A stretch of DNA of 64,000 bases from positions 342,157-406,156 of the forward strand of contig JAIOOV010000004.1 in the NCBI GenBank assembly GCA_021414235.1. The letters run 5' to 3'. This document shows positions 17,545-27,499 of this stretch, piece by piece; positions within the stretch are counted from its first letter, which is position 1, and the number at the start of each line of letters is the position of its first letter. The position numbers and the translations under genes are program-made. This stretch comes from Candidatus Parcubacteria bacterium. Its GTDB lineage: Bacteria > Patescibacteriota > Minisyncoccia > Phycocordibacterales > JAKFXT01. Under the pieces are notes generated by a model that was given only the letters and a program-made list of their open reading frames with translations, had not been told where the DNA came from and did no database searches.

Positions 17545-19374
17545 ATGGACTCATCTATCGATCCAAAAGAAAATAAAGTCTCTCTTTCCGCTCTGCCGGA
17601 GCTCTGGCGCAACAGTTTGCGTCTGACCCGTATCGTGTGGACGGACCGCCCTGGCATGGTGCTCACCATGCTCGGAGTCTTGGCATTGGCATCGCTCACG
17701 CCGTTCCTTCAGAACGGCGTCTTCGCCCTGCTTCTCAATGTGCTGACCGCCGAGGCGCATGAGCATCTCTTCTCTTACCAGATCACGCTCTATACGCTCC
17801 TCTTCCTGTTCATCGCGCTCCTCACCCCGCTCCTCTATAAGCTCCAGGGGTATATCTCCAAGCTTTTCTATTTCTACCTCGGCCAGAAGTTCGAGCTTCT
17901 TGTGCTCTCTCGCCGCGCGGAACTCGATGTAGCAATCCAGGAGGATCCTAAGAAGAACGACCTCTTCATGAAGATCGAAGAGGGTAGTACGCACCGTGCG
18001 CAGAACTTCGTGGATCGGCAGTTCTACATCTACCAGAACCTGGTGGAGATCGTCTTCGCCTCTGCCATCATTCTCTATGCTGATTGGTGGGTCCTGCTCG
18101 TACTTCTCGCTGGCACCCTCCCGGAGCTCCTCATCGAAGGACGCTACGGCACGGAGATCTGGGGCATCTACAGCACTAAGGCCGAGTTCCGCCGCCAGTT
18201 CTGGAATCTGCGCAGTCACTTTACCAATATCCCGAATCTGGTAGAGCTCCGCCTCTTCCAGAACGTAAAGCATTTCTATGACCGCATTGCGGCGCTCTTT
18301 GAGATCTTCCAGAGCGACCAGCGCACTGCGGAGAAGCGTAAGATCAAGCACACCATGAGCGGCGCGCTCATCTCCCAGCTCGCCATAGGCTTTACTCTCT
18401 TCTGGTTCATCTACCAGGTGGTGCAGGGGGAGATAGAGATCGGTACGCTCACTTTCCTGCTTACTTCCGTGACCGCACTCCGTGGCGCGCTCTCTGGTCT
18501 CTTTGCCAACATCGGTCGCCAGTACAGCGACAGTCTCTTCGTTAGTGACTATTTCAAATTCCTTAATCTGCCGGATGTGGTGGTAAAGCCGGTCGCGGGC
18601 ATCGTCCTCCCCAAGGATCTCACTCCAGAGATTGTCTTTGAGAAGGTCAGCTTCCGCTATGAAGGCGCGGAGCAGTGGGCTCTCAAAGATCTCTCGCTTA
18701 CCATAAAGCCGGGAGCCAAGCTCGCTGTAGTGGGTGTGAACGGAGCAGGCAAGACCACCTTTGTGAAGCTGCTCTGCCGTTTCTATGACCCCACGGAGGG
18801 GCGCATCCTCATCGGCGGTCACGATCTGCGCACGCTCGATATCGAGAGCTGGTATCACCACCTCGGCATCCTCTTCCAGGATTACGCCTCGTATCACTTC
18901 CCGGTGAAGGAGGCTATCGCCATAGGGCGCACTGACATCCCGCTTGATATGGAGCGGGTCAAGGATGCTGCTGAGTCAGGCGAAGCACAGATCTTCATCG
19001 AGCATTGGGGTAATGCTTACGAGCAGATGCTCGGCAAGAAGTTCACCGGTGGCGTGGAGCCTTCTATCGGCCAGTGGCAGAAGCTCGCTATCGCGCGTAC
19101 CTTCTACCGCGACGCGCAGGTGCTCATCTTGGACGAGCCGACTTCCTCCATCGACGCGGAGGCGGAAGCCAAGATCTTTGAGAAGATGGAGCATCTCTCG
19201 CGCGACAAAACGGTGATCCTCATTTCGCACCGCTTCTCTACTGTGCGCCAGGCGGATCAGATCTGTATTTTGGAGGGAGGCACCATCAGCGAGCTGGGGA
19301 CGCACAAGGAGCTTCTGGAAAAGAATGGTACCTATGCACGCCTATTCAAACTACAAGCGAAGGGGTATGAGTAA
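17545..19374 (+). CDS. ABC exporter, fused permease and ATP-binding domain
   Basis: Multiple TM helices; GVNGAGKTT, PSIGQWQK signature variant, LILDEP, ISHR. Confidence 0.92.
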   Translation: MDSSIDPKENKVSLSALPELWRNSLRLTRIVWTDRPGMVLTMLGVLALASLTPFLQNGVFALLLNVLTAEAHEHLFSYQITLYTLLFLFIALLTPLLYKLQGYISKLFYFYLGQKFELLVLSRRAELDVAIQEDPKKNDLFMKIEEGSTHRAQNFVDRQFYIYQNLVEIVFASAIILYADWWVLLVLLAGTLPELLIEGRYGTEIWGIYSTKAEFRRQFWNLRSHFTNIPNLVELRLFQNVKHFYDRIAALFEIFQSDQRTAEKRKIKHTMSGALISQLAIGFTLFWFIYQVVQGEIEIGTLTFLLTSVTALRGALSGLFANIGRQYSDSLFVSDYFKFLNLPDVVVKPVAGIVLPKDLTPEIVFEKVSFRYEGAEQWALKDLSLTIKPGAKLAVVGVNGAGKTTFVKLLCRFYDPTEGRILIGGHDLRTLDIESWYHHLGILFQDYASYHFPVKEAIAIGRTDIPLDMERVKDAAESGEAQIFIEHWGNAYEQMLGKKFTGGVEPSIGQWQKLAIARTFYRDAQVLILDEPTSSIDAEAEAKIFEKMEHLSRDKTVILISHRFSTVRQADQICILEGGTISELGTHKELLEKNGTYARLFKLQAKGYE

Positions 19375-19473
19375 TCTAGGCGTTTAAGGAAATAGCTGGT
19401 GAGAGAGGATTTATATAAAAAGTTTGGCGACGCTCGGATTGCTCCGTGCGTCGCCGTGTTCGTTTCTCCCAGA

Positions 19474-19977
19474 CTAAAAGAACGCTAGTTGCTGGGAATT
19501 GTCCTTCCTCTGTTGAGGTTTCCTGCGTGGCGCGTTACGCCGTGGTTCAAGATGTCGTCTCGGGAGGGAAGCGGGTTCTTCCTCACTCTGGAGGGGTGGA
19601 AGCTCGCAGAGGAGATTGCCGTCGTCGTCCGTCAGCATAGGAACTTCGCCGCGGGAGGCCTGGAAGAGGAACTTCTTCCACTTGTCCTCTTCTTTTCGCT
19701 CCGCAGCGATCTGTACCTGGATCTTTTCCTTTTCTTTCCAGGTTTCAGTCTTGGGCTTAGATTTCTTTTTGATCGTTCGCCTCTTCTGCTGCTCGGCTCG
19801 CCGTCGAGCCCCTTCCTTGCAGATCTCGGAAACGTAGTAATCGAGATCCCAGTAAGGGCAACCGAATTCCTTGGCGACCCTGAGCGCAATTCGCTTGAAC
19901 TCTTTCCTTTCGGGACTTGTCACCGCGCGCCAGCGGCGAGCGGTGACGGTAGTCATCTCACCAATGCTGGGGAGCAT
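19474..19977 (-). CDS. Hypothetical basic protein (orphan)
   Basis: SD AAGGAGG; TTGCTT-16-TATAAT upstream; ends QQLAFF. Confidence 0.65.
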   Translation of the reverse strand: MLPSIGEMTTVTARRWRAVTSPERKEFKRIALRVAKEFGCPYWDLDYYVSEICKEGARRRAEQQKRRTIKKKSKPKTETWKEKEKIQVQIAAERKEEDKWKKFLFQASRGEVPMLTDDDGNLLCELPPLQSEEEPASLPRRHLEPRRNAPRRKPQQRKDNSQQLAFF

Positions 19978-20101
19978 GGTTCGCCTCCTTTCTGGCGTAG
20001 AGCGGGGAACCGATTTAACCTGTCTTTATTATACCACCTATTATATAAAAAGCAAGGGCGCGCCGGATTGGGTACCGGCTGCGCCCTGGAGAGCTTTTCT
20101 C

Positions 20102-20569
20102 TCACGTGAGTGAACGTAGTGAAGGCGGAAGGATGAAAGCCTGCATGTGCTCGACAAGGGGAATGGGGATCTTTTCGACCTCAAAACCATGTTCCTCAAG
20201 AACGTCTTGGGTCTGAAGAGCTGCTACTTGGATATCCTCCTTGATGTCCAAGCTTATTCCGATTGTGAGCCAACGCTCCTCCGCTTTGAATCTGGTACCG
20301 GCTTGCTGGTGGAACCTGCGAATCGTCTCGGCGTCAAAGACGAGAGCGGTAATGCCAAATTCCTCCTTGAGATGCCGGACGATCTTTTCCTTGCTAGCGA
20401 AGAAGAACAGTGTGCCGACGGGATTGAACATCACCCCTATGCCACTTGTCCGATTTGGTTGCCGTTCCGGATAAAGGATGAAGGCTGCTGGGATGTGGCC
20501 TGGAGCTCTTGCTTTCAAGAGGCAGACATTGGATTCAGTAGGTACGTCGACCCCTTCAGTTCCAAGCAT
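20102..20569 (-). CDS. Hypothetical protein (orphan)
   Basis: 155-aa ORF filling the gap; AGGGGG before ATG; TAGACA promoter-like element upstream. Confidence 0.6.
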   Translation of the reverse strand: MLGTEGVDVPTESNVCLLKARAPGHIPAAFILYPERQPNRTSGIGVMFNPVGTLFFFASKEKIVRHLKEEFGITALVFDAETIRRFHQQAGTRFKAEERWLTIGISLDIKEDIQVAALQTQDVLEEHGFEVEKIPIPLVEHMQAFILPPSLRSLT

Positions 20570-20631
20570 GGTTACCCCCTGCGATAGAGAAAGGACGTCT
20601 CCAACTTGTTACCATATTTTTTATACTTTGT

Positions 20632-21081
20632 CTACGATAGTATTTCCTCTACCACTACCTTCACATCACTACCGTCAGCTGCTCCTTTGAGTTCCTTCAT
20701 GAGTGCGCCCATGAACACGCCCATCTTGGCTTTATCGGTGACACCGAGCTTCTCTTTGAGAGCGAGAGCTACTTTGCGGATCTCTTCGTGGGTCATGGAA
20801 GCGGGGAGATAGGTGTCGAGGATGGCTAGTTCAGCTTTCTCAGTATCGGCTAGATCCTGGCGGCCACCTTTCTCGAATTGCTCGATAGAGTCCTTGCGCT
20901 GCTTGACCAGGCGCTTCACCACGGCGATCTGCTCATCCTCGGTAAGGGTGTCCTGGGGCTTCTTACCCTTAGCCACGAGTTCGTTGGTGAAGGCGGCGAG
21001 GACGCCGCGGAGCACAGTGACCTTCCCGGAATCCTTGGCTTTCATTGCTGTCACTAGTTCGGTACGGATGTTTTCTTGCAT
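20632..21081 (-). CDS. GatB/YqeY domain protein
   Basis: AMKAKD, KQRKDSIEQFEKGGRQDLA, YLP, MGVFMG. Confidence 0.92.
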   Translation of the reverse strand: MQENIRTELVTAMKAKDSGKVTVLRGVLAAFTNELVAKGKKPQDTLTEDEQIAVVKRLVKQRKDSIEQFEKGGRQDLADTEKAELAILDTYLPASMTHEEIRKVALALKEKLGVTDKAKMGVFMGALMKELKGAADGSDVKVVVEEILS

Positions 21082-21127
21082 TGTTAAAGTATAAGGATAT
21101 ATTGCGGGGAGTCCAACGGAGGCGCGC

Positions 21128-21412
21128 ATGCAACACGCTACTCGTTCCCCGATCAGGGCGTTTGCTCTGATACTGTTCTGCTTTGTCTGGTTCGCTGAGA
21201 TGATCATGGGGTGGTTTGGCAGAAATCCACTCCCTGGATCTTTCGAGGATTGGGCATGGCTTTTCGGCGGCCTCTTCTTCCTGGCTTTGGTCGCCGCGGC
21301 AGCCTGGTACTTCTGGGACTTCTCGGTCTGGAATGTTCTGGTATGGGACCTCGCCCTCGGCACGATTTATTACGTCCTATTTTGGAAGGGTCCCCAACCC
21401 ATCAAGACCTGA
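21128..21412 (+). CDS. Hypothetical Trp-rich membrane protein (orphan)
   Basis: SD GGAGG; three hydrophobic segments; hairpin at 21421-21444. Confidence 0.6.
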   Translation: MQHATRSPIRAFALILFCFVWFAEMIMGWFGRNPLPGSFEDWAWLFGGLFFLALVAAAAWYFWDFSVWNVLVWDLALGTIYYVLFWKGPQPIKT

Positions 21413-21475
21413 CGCAGGAACCCCGCGGCGCATGCGTCGCGGGGTCGTCTTTTTATAAAATGCTAGAATAGCCGT

Positions 21476-22558
21476 ATGTCTACCACCACCATCATTCTGC
21501 TCTTCCTCGGGCTCCTTCTCCTGCTCTCCCAGGGCTTTTTCTTCTGGTGGCTCTCTCGCCGTCAGGGCGGGGGAGAGGAGAGGGGCGATACGGGCTTCAA
21601 GCTCCTCTTGGAGCAGATGAACGAGCTCACCCGTACGGTGGATCAGAAATTAGGTGAGAACTCCCGCCAGATGAACGACTCACTCCATAAGACGAGCGAG
21701 TCCTCCCAGCGCATCGTGCGGGACGTGACTGAGCGCCTCACTCGTTTGGACGAGACCAATAAGCAGGTGGTCTCTTTTGCTGATCAGTTGAAAAGTCTGC
21801 AGGACATTCTCAAGAACCCCAAGCAGCGGGGCATTCTTGGTGAGTACTACTTGGAGACCCTCCTCAAGAACGTACTGCCACCCGGGAGCTACCAGATGCA
21901 GTACGGCCTCGGCAAAGATGACGATGGGTCAGACCTCATCGTGGACGCCATCGTGCGGGTGAAGGACAAGATCATCCCCATCGACTCTAAATTTTCCCTA
22001 GAGAACTATAATCGTCTCGCAGAAGAACAGAATGAAGGGGAGAGGGTCAGGTTAGAGAAGCTTTTCGTGAGCGACCTCAAGAATCGCATCACCGAGACGG
22101 CCAAGTATATCCGTCCGAGCCAGGGCACCATGGACTTCGCCTTCATGTTCATCCCGCATGAGGCCATCTATTACGAACTCCTGGTGAACAAGATCGGCGC
22201 TATGGCAGAGGAGACGGACAACCTCATTCAGCGGGCGGCCAACAAGTACAAAGTCATCATCGTTTCGCCGACCTCCTTCCTGGCATATCTCCAGACGGTG
22301 CTCCAGGGGCTTAAGGCGATGCAGATAGAGGAGACGGCCAAGGACATCATCCTCCGGGTGGGGGAGCTCGGTAAGCACCTCAAGGCCTACGAGGAGTACC
22401 ACGGGAAGCTGGGGAACACGCTCGGTACCGTGGTGAATCACTACAATGCCTCTGGCAAGGAATTCAAGAAGATCGACAAGGATGTCATGCGCATCACCGG
22501 AGCGGGGCTCGCGATGGAGAATACTCTGATAGAGGGGCCGGAGAAGGACGCGGAGTAA
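21476..22558 (+). CDS. rmuC: DNA recombination protein RmuC
   Basis: KQRGILGE, IPIDSKF, TMDFAFMFIPHE, VSPTSF. Confidence 0.92.
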   Translation: MSTTTIILLFLGLLLLLSQGFFFWWLSRRQGGGEERGDTGFKLLLEQMNELTRTVDQKLGENSRQMNDSLHKTSESSQRIVRDVTERLTRLDETNKQVVSFADQLKSLQDILKNPKQRGILGEYYLETLLKNVLPPGSYQMQYGLGKDDDGSDLIVDAIVRVKDKIIPIDSKFSLENYNRLAEEQNEGERVRLEKLFVSDLKNRITETAKYIRPSQGTMDFAFMFIPHEAIYYELLVNKIGAMAEETDNLIQRAANKYKVIIVSPTSFLAYLQTVLQGLKAMQIEETAKDIILRVGELGKHLKAYEEYHGKLGNTLGTVVNHYNASGKEFKKIDKDVMRITGAGLAMENTLIEGPEKDAE

Positions 22559-22623
22559 TTTTGGTCATCCGGGCGATACGTGCTAAAAAGTATTAAGCAT
22601 GTACAAAGCAGAGGAGCGTCACG

Positions 22624-22821
22624 ATGCCTCAGGATACCGAATCAGAGCCTGGCGGGATCATCCAGGATCTCTTCGAAGAAGGGCGCTTAAGACGACTGGT
22701 ACACCCGATCGCGCGGATGCCTTCCATCGATCCCCCACAACCTACGGTCGCGGAGTCCGTTAGGATTTCAGCGACCGGGCTTTCCGCAAAGGAGCGGGAA
22801 GGCTCAATGTTCGATCAGTGA
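22624..22821 (+). CDS. Small hypothetical protein (orphan)
   Basis: SD GAGGAG; 65 aa; long inverted repeat downstream. Confidence 0.4.
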   Translation: MPQDTESEPGGIIQDLFEEGRLRRLVHPIARMPSIDPPQPTVAESVRISATGLSAKEREGSMFDQ

Positions 22822-22837
22822 GGCCGGGCTAGTCTTG

Positions 22838-22877
22838 GCCCCGCCCTTATCCAGCTTAGGCTGGATAAGGGCGGGGC
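22838..22877. repeat. Perfect 18-bp inverted repeat
   Basis: GCCCCGCCCTTATCCAGC-TTAG-GCTGGATAAGGGCGGGGC. Confidence 0.9.
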
Positions 22878-22919
22878 GGGACTTGCCTTTTTTCGTTTTA
22901 CAGGCTAAGGTTAGCCCCT

Positions 22920-23240
22920 ATGAAGGAATTCGCGGTCATATTCACAGGGGGCAAGCAGTACAAGGTCTCTGAGGGCGACGAAATCGCCATCGAGAAATTG
23001 TCTGACGAAGCCAAGGCCGGAGACGCTATCGTCTTCGACAAAGTGCTCGTGGTGGACAACGGCCAGGACACTACCCTGGGCACTCCGTACATCTCTGGAG
23101 CCAAAGTGACCGCCACCGTACTCCAGGCAGGCCGGGCCAAGAAGGTAGAGGTGGTTAAGTACAAGGCCAAGAGCCGTTACTATAAGAACCGCGGTCATCG
23201 CCAGCCTTTCACTAAGGTGAAGATCGAGAAGCTCTCCTAA
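22920..23240 (+). CDS. rplU: 50S ribosomal protein L21
   Basis: TGGKQYKV, GHRQPFT. Confidence 0.97.
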   Translation: MKEFAVIFTGGKQYKVSEGDEIAIEKLSDEAKAGDAIVFDKVLVVDNGQDTTLGTPYISGAKVTATVLQAGRAKKVEVVKYKAKSRYYKNRGHRQPFTKVKIEKLS

Positions 23241-23295
23241 AGAATCAAAAACCCCTGCCGGGGTTGCCGGCAGGCCTTTGGGTTCCCGATGTGTC

Positions 23296-23697
23296 TTACG
23301 CCCGAAAGCGCACTGGCTTAGGAGACATCGCGAATATCGTACGACCGGCAGAGTCCCGCATCTCGAGGAGATAGCGAGTGGTCTGGCCTCCGTTCGTTCT
23401 GATGCCGTTCACGTGGTCGTGTTCGGCGACGACGGTGACTTCGAGGCGACCCTCAAAGCACGGTTTGTCTCCGGCTCGCGCACCTACGAGGGAGGCTCGT
23501 ACCTCGGCTTTCTCTCGATCCGAAGTGGACGTCAGCGACGTGACGACGGCCTTCAGGTGGTCGAGATTGGAGCAGAAGAGCCCTCTTACTAAAAGCTTCT
23601 CTCCTGGTTGGAGAAAGGAGTTGTCCGTGTTCTGGGCGGTAGAGGGCGCGGAGAACAGCAAGAGCATTGTTACGAGGGTCGATATCGTACGCGTCAT
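23296..23697 (-). CDS. Hypothetical secreted protein (orphan)
   Basis: Signal peptide, two Cys; SD AGGAG; TAGACT-16-TATAGT upstream. Confidence 0.65.
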   Translation of the reverse strand: MTRTISTLVTMLLLFSAPSTAQNTDNSFLQPGEKLLVRGLFCSNLDHLKAVVTSLTSTSDREKAEVRASLVGARAGDKPCFEGRLEVTVVAEHDHVNGIRTNGGQTTRYLLEMRDSAGRTIFAMSPKPVRFRA

Positions 23698-23757
23698 AGC
23701 GCGACTCCTGAGTGAGGGGGACGTCTGTTCTCACTATACAACGTATTTATAATCAGT

Positions 23758-24372
23758 CTAGGTGCGGTGCGTCAGTGCGCTCTTGATAGTGTCGCTGTCC
23801 ACGTATTCAAGTTCAGAGCCGGTGGAGAGGCCTCTGCCCAGCATGGAGATACGCAGGCCCTTCTCACGGAGGGGTGCGAGGAGTCCTGAGAGATATTCGG
23901 CAGTGTTCTCGCCTTCGGCGTTCACCGACATAGCCAGGATGACTTCCTTGAGGTGACCCGCTTCCATCTCTTTTGTTGCGGTAGCGAGGAACTCGCGGGA
24001 ACGTACCCGATGAGTGGGCTCTTTCTCGAGTATTGGCACAGTGCCACCGAGGACGAAGTAGCGGCCCTCGTAGGCATCGCTCTTCTCAATGTTCTCCAGG
24101 TCGATGTCTTTCTCTACTGCCATGAGGAGGCTCTTGTCGCGGCTTGGGTCGGCGCAGATAGGGCAGAGGGGGGCCTGGGTACGTCCGTTAAAGAAGCGCT
24201 GGCAGAAGGTACAGACGTGGATCTCGCGGCGGATCTCTAATATCAGATTGGAAAGCTCCTCCAGGTGCTCACGGTTCTTGGTGAGGAGGTAGTAGACGAA
24301 GCGGCGGGCCTGGCGGGGGCCTATGCCCGGAAAGTGGCGGAAAGACTCCGTGAGCTTGTCGATGCTCGACAT
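23758..24372 (-). CDS. recR: Recombination protein RecR
   Basis: FPGIGPRQARR (HhH), CxxC...CPIC zinc finger, Toprim EVILA...EGENTA, GSELEYVD. Confidence 0.95.
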   Translation of the reverse strand: MSSIDKLTESFRHFPGIGPRQARRFVYYLLTKNREHLEELSNLILEIRREIHVCTFCQRFFNGRTQAPLCPICADPSRDKSLLMAVEKDIDLENIEKSDAYEGRYFVLGGTVPILEKEPTHRVRSREFLATATKEMEAGHLKEVILAMSVNAEGENTAEYLSGLLAPLREKGLRISMLGRGLSTGSELEYVDSDTIKSALTHRT

Positions 24373-24373
24373 A

Positions 24374-25750
24374 CTAGAAGGTGGCTACATCCGCGAAGTC
24401 ACCGAAGCTCGACTTGTCGATGGACTGGTAGGAAGAGCGGTCGGCGTTGAAGTAGAGCTGCACTACGCCGGTGGGGCCGTTACGGTGCTTCTCGATGAGG
24501 ATCTCGGCGATGTTGGTGCGCTCAGAAGCATCTTTGTTCTTGTCTTCGCGGTGGATGAACATGACCACGTCCGCGTCCTGCTCGATGGAACCGGAATCGC
24601 GGAGGTCGGAGAGCCGGGGCTTGCCGCCACGCTGCTCCACCGCACGGGAGAGCTGGGAGAGGGCGATGACCGGGACGTCGAGCTCGCGGGCGAGATGCTT
24701 GAGGGAGCGGGAGAGCTCCGTGACCTGCTGCACGGCAGAATCGGAGTTCTTGGTGTTGACGGGGGTCATGAGCTGGAGGTAATCCACGATGATGAGGCCG
24801 AGGTTTTTCTCGCGCTTGAGACGACGGGCCACCGAGCGCATCTTGAGGATGTTGTTGCCTGGTTGGTCGTCGATGAAGATGGGTGCCTTGGAGAGACGGT
24901 CGAGGGAGTTGCGGATACGGTCGAATTCCTCGTCACGCGAGAGATGTCCTGTACGCATGTGCCAGGCGTTCACATTGGATTCCGCGGCGAGCATGCGGTC
25001 CACCAGCTGCTGGCTGGACATTTCCAGGGAGAATACGGCCACGGTGGTGTTGTGCTCGGTAGCAGAGCGGCGGGCGATGTCGAGGGCGAGCGCTGTCTTA
25101 CCGACGGAAGGGCGGGCGGCCAGGATGATGAGGTCGGACTTCTGGAAGCCGGAGAGCATGCTGTCGATCTCCTTGAAGCCGGAAGAGACGCCGCGCAGGC
25201 CGTCTTTCTTCTCGTGGATGCGCTCAAGGCGCTCCCAGGCCTCCGCGAGCATGTCTTTCATGGCGTAGAACTTGCGGGAGCCGCCGGAGTTGCTGATGGT
25301 GTAGAGGCGCTGCTCGGCTTGATCGACGAGGGTCTCGATCTCTTCGTGCTCGCTGTAGCCGAGCTCATTGATCTCCTCGGAGGCACGGATGAGGGAGCGC
25401 AGCACGAATTTCTTGTAGACGGTATCGCCGTAGTACTTGATGTTGGCAGCAGAGGGCACGATGGAGACGATCTCTGCGAGGTAGCCTGCGCCACCCACCT
25501 GCTCCAAGAGACCTCGCTCCTTGAGACGTGAGGAGAGAGACACGATGTCGATGGGTTCGTTCTTGCTGAGGAGCTCGAGCATCACTTCCCAGATGATGCG
25601 ATGCTTCTCTGCGTAGAAGCTCTCCGGAGAGACGCTATCCAATATCTCGTGGATGGCTTCCGGACGCAGCATCACCGAGCCGAGCACGGCTTTCTCGGAC
25701 TCGATGTTCTGCGGTGGGACGCGGGCGAAGGAAGGGGAGGGGCGGGCCAT
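24374..25750 (-). CDS. dnaB: Replicative DNA helicase
   Basis: PPQNIESE, AARPSVGKT, VDYLQL, LSQLSR, DLRDSGSIEQDAD, KHRNGPTG. Confidence 0.97.
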   Translation of the reverse strand: MARPSPSFARVPPQNIESEKAVLGSVMLRPEAIHEILDSVSPESFYAEKHRIIWEVMLELLSKNEPIDIVSLSSRLKERGLLEQVGGAGYLAEIVSIVPSAANIKYYGDTVYKKFVLRSLIRASEEINELGYSEHEEIETLVDQAEQRLYTISNSGGSRKFYAMKDMLAEAWERLERIHEKKDGLRGVSSGFKEIDSMLSGFQKSDLIILAARPSVGKTALALDIARRSATEHNTTVAVFSLEMSSQQLVDRMLAAESNVNAWHMRTGHLSRDEEFDRIRNSLDRLSKAPIFIDDQPGNNILKMRSVARRLKREKNLGLIIVDYLQLMTPVNTKNSDSAVQQVTELSRSLKHLARELDVPVIALSQLSRAVEQRGGKPRLSDLRDSGSIEQDADVVMFIHREDKNKDASERTNIAEILIEKHRNGPTGVVQLYFNADRSSYQSIDKSSFGDFADVATF

Positions 25751-25875
25751 GGGTAGAAGTTTAGCATGTAGGATTTTTCCCACTCCCTTACGGAAAGGGG
25801 GTAAGCTGTGTCCAAGTTGGGGACAGGAAATGCCCTTGTTTGACAGAGGGGTTTCCTTGGCTAGCATTAAGCCCT

Positions 25876-27450
25876 ATGCGTCTGAATCTCGGCTGCGGAT
25901 ACAATAAATTGCCGGGTTACGTCAATGTGGATCGGGAAGAGGCCTGCACTCCCGATATCATCTGGAATCTCGAGAAGTATCCCTGGCCGTGGCAGGAGAA
26001 TAGTGTGGAGGAGATCGTCTTCGACCACTCGCTCCAGCAGCTTGCTCAGGACCCGCGGGCATATATCCGCCTTTGGCAGGAGGTATACCGGGTCGCGAAG
26101 GATGGTTGTTCTGTGAAGGTGTCTGCGCCGCACTGGCGGAGTGATGCTTTCCTGAACGATCCGCTCAATGTACGCACGGTAACCCCGGAAGGGCTCGCCA
26201 TGTTCGACAACGTGCGCAACCTGCGGGATGAGGCGAGCGGAGGAAGGGAGACCAAGCTCGGCATCTTCGCGGGTATCGACTTGGATTGCGAGCCTGCTTC
26301 TGCGCAGTACCGTTTCGTGCCGGAAGTAGCAGAGGCCCTACGGAACGGACATATCCCATATGAGAGGGTACGTGCGCTCCTGGAGCATGAGGGGAATGTG
26401 GCGCAGTCCTTTGCGCTTGAAATGAAGATCGTGAAGCCAGCGCGTGCTACGCTCTTTGCGAATGGAAAAGGATTAGAAAAACCGAAGCGCGCTCACCCCC
26501 ATGTGCTCTTCGTCACCGAGGAGCCGGTAGGCTTCATATTTGATTACAATTTCTGGGGGTCCCTGGAAGCAGCAGGAGTGGCTACGTACAGTCGCTTCCA
26601 CTTGGATACTTTTCGCACTCGTCACGGTTACTCCGGGGATCTGGAGCTCATCAAGCATTGTCTCCGGGAGAAGCCTGACCTCATTATCCTGCAGTGCCAT
26701 TCTCTTGATGGAGTGAGCGGACCTACCAAGGAAACTCTGCAGACGATAAAGAAGCATCTCAAGATCCCCATAGTCTCCGTCTGGTCTGACTCGGAAACGC
26801 ACTATTTCGGCATTAGTGATGAGATCGCAGAGTTCGCGGCGCTCGCGGTGGTCTGGGATTCTGCCGAGGCATATCGCAAGGACAGCAAGCTGACCGAACG
26901 CTACGCCGCTCTCTGGACGCCATATGACACACGCGTGTTTGGCGACATGGGGCTGCCGCGGGATATAGACGTCTGTTTCGCTGGCACCATAGAGGGGGCG
27001 CATCCGGAGAGGGAAGAGATGATTAAGGCTCTACGGGATGCGGGAATAAACGTGGTGACGCTAGGTAGCAACAAGGATGTGCTGAAGAAGGTGAGCATCC
27101 AGGAATATGCCAGCGTGCTGCAGCGCTCCAAGATTTCCCTCAATTTCTCAAAGACCACTACGGGTCTGGTGCAGCTCAAGGGTCGTGTATTTGAGACGAT
27201 GTTTTGCGGTGCGCTCCTCATGGAGCAGGAGGGGAGCGAGACCCCGCGTTTCTTCAAAGAAGGAGAGGAGTATGTGCAGTTTAGAGATATAGAGGATTTG
27301 ATTGCAAAGGTTAAGAAGTATCTGGCGGATGATACAGGGCGGGAGCGCATTGCTAAGAATGGTCAGCGTATGGCGCTTGAGAAGTACTCACCTAAGAAAT
27401 ATTGGATGGAGATATTCCGCCGGGTGTTGGAGAAGAATCACGGGTTTTAA
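25876..27450 (+). CDS. SAM-methyltransferase-like domain fused to a CgeB-like GT-B glycosyltransferase domain
   Basis: N-terminal LNLGCG...YVNVD; C-terminal DVCFAGT, SKISLN, KGRVFETMFCGALL, RERIAKNG. Confidence 0.75.
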   Translation: MRLNLGCGYNKLPGYVNVDREEACTPDIIWNLEKYPWPWQENSVEEIVFDHSLQQLAQDPRAYIRLWQEVYRVAKDGCSVKVSAPHWRSDAFLNDPLNVRTVTPEGLAMFDNVRNLRDEASGGRETKLGIFAGIDLDCEPASAQYRFVPEVAEALRNGHIPYERVRALLEHEGNVAQSFALEMKIVKPARATLFANGKGLEKPKRAHPHVLFVTEEPVGFIFDYNFWGSLEAAGVATYSRFHLDTFRTRHGYSGDLELIKHCLREKPDLIILQCHSLDGVSGPTKETLQTIKKHLKIPIVSVWSDSETHYFGISDEIAEFAALAVVWDSAEAYRKDSKLTERYAALWTPYDTRVFGDMGLPRDIDVCFAGTIEGAHPEREEMIKALRDAGINVVTLGSNKDVLKKVSIQEYASVLQRSKISLNFSKTTTGLVQLKGRVFETMFCGALLMEQEGSETPRFFKEGEEYVQFRDIEDLIAKVKKYLADDTGRERIAKNGQRMALEKYSPKKYWMEIFRRVLEKNHGF

Positions 27451-27458
27451 AACCAAAG

Positions 27459-27486
27459 GCCTCTCCCGACGAGTGTCGGGAGAGGC
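27459..27486. terminator. Hairpin between convergent genes
   Basis: GCCTCTCCCGAC-gagt-GTCGGGAGAGGC. Confidence 0.7.
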
Positions 27487-27499
27487 GGTGCAGTAGATG

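Noticed and set aside
12943-20600. Prophage or integrative island at tRNA-Glu or tRNA-Pro
   Set aside because: No integrase, no phage structural genes and no duplicated tRNA 3' end seen.
20632-21363. N-terminal extensions given by the ORF track for yqeY, dnaB, mraY, fur and pspC
   Set aside because: They overlap neighbouring genes or promoters; family homology and -10 motifs support the downstream ATGs.
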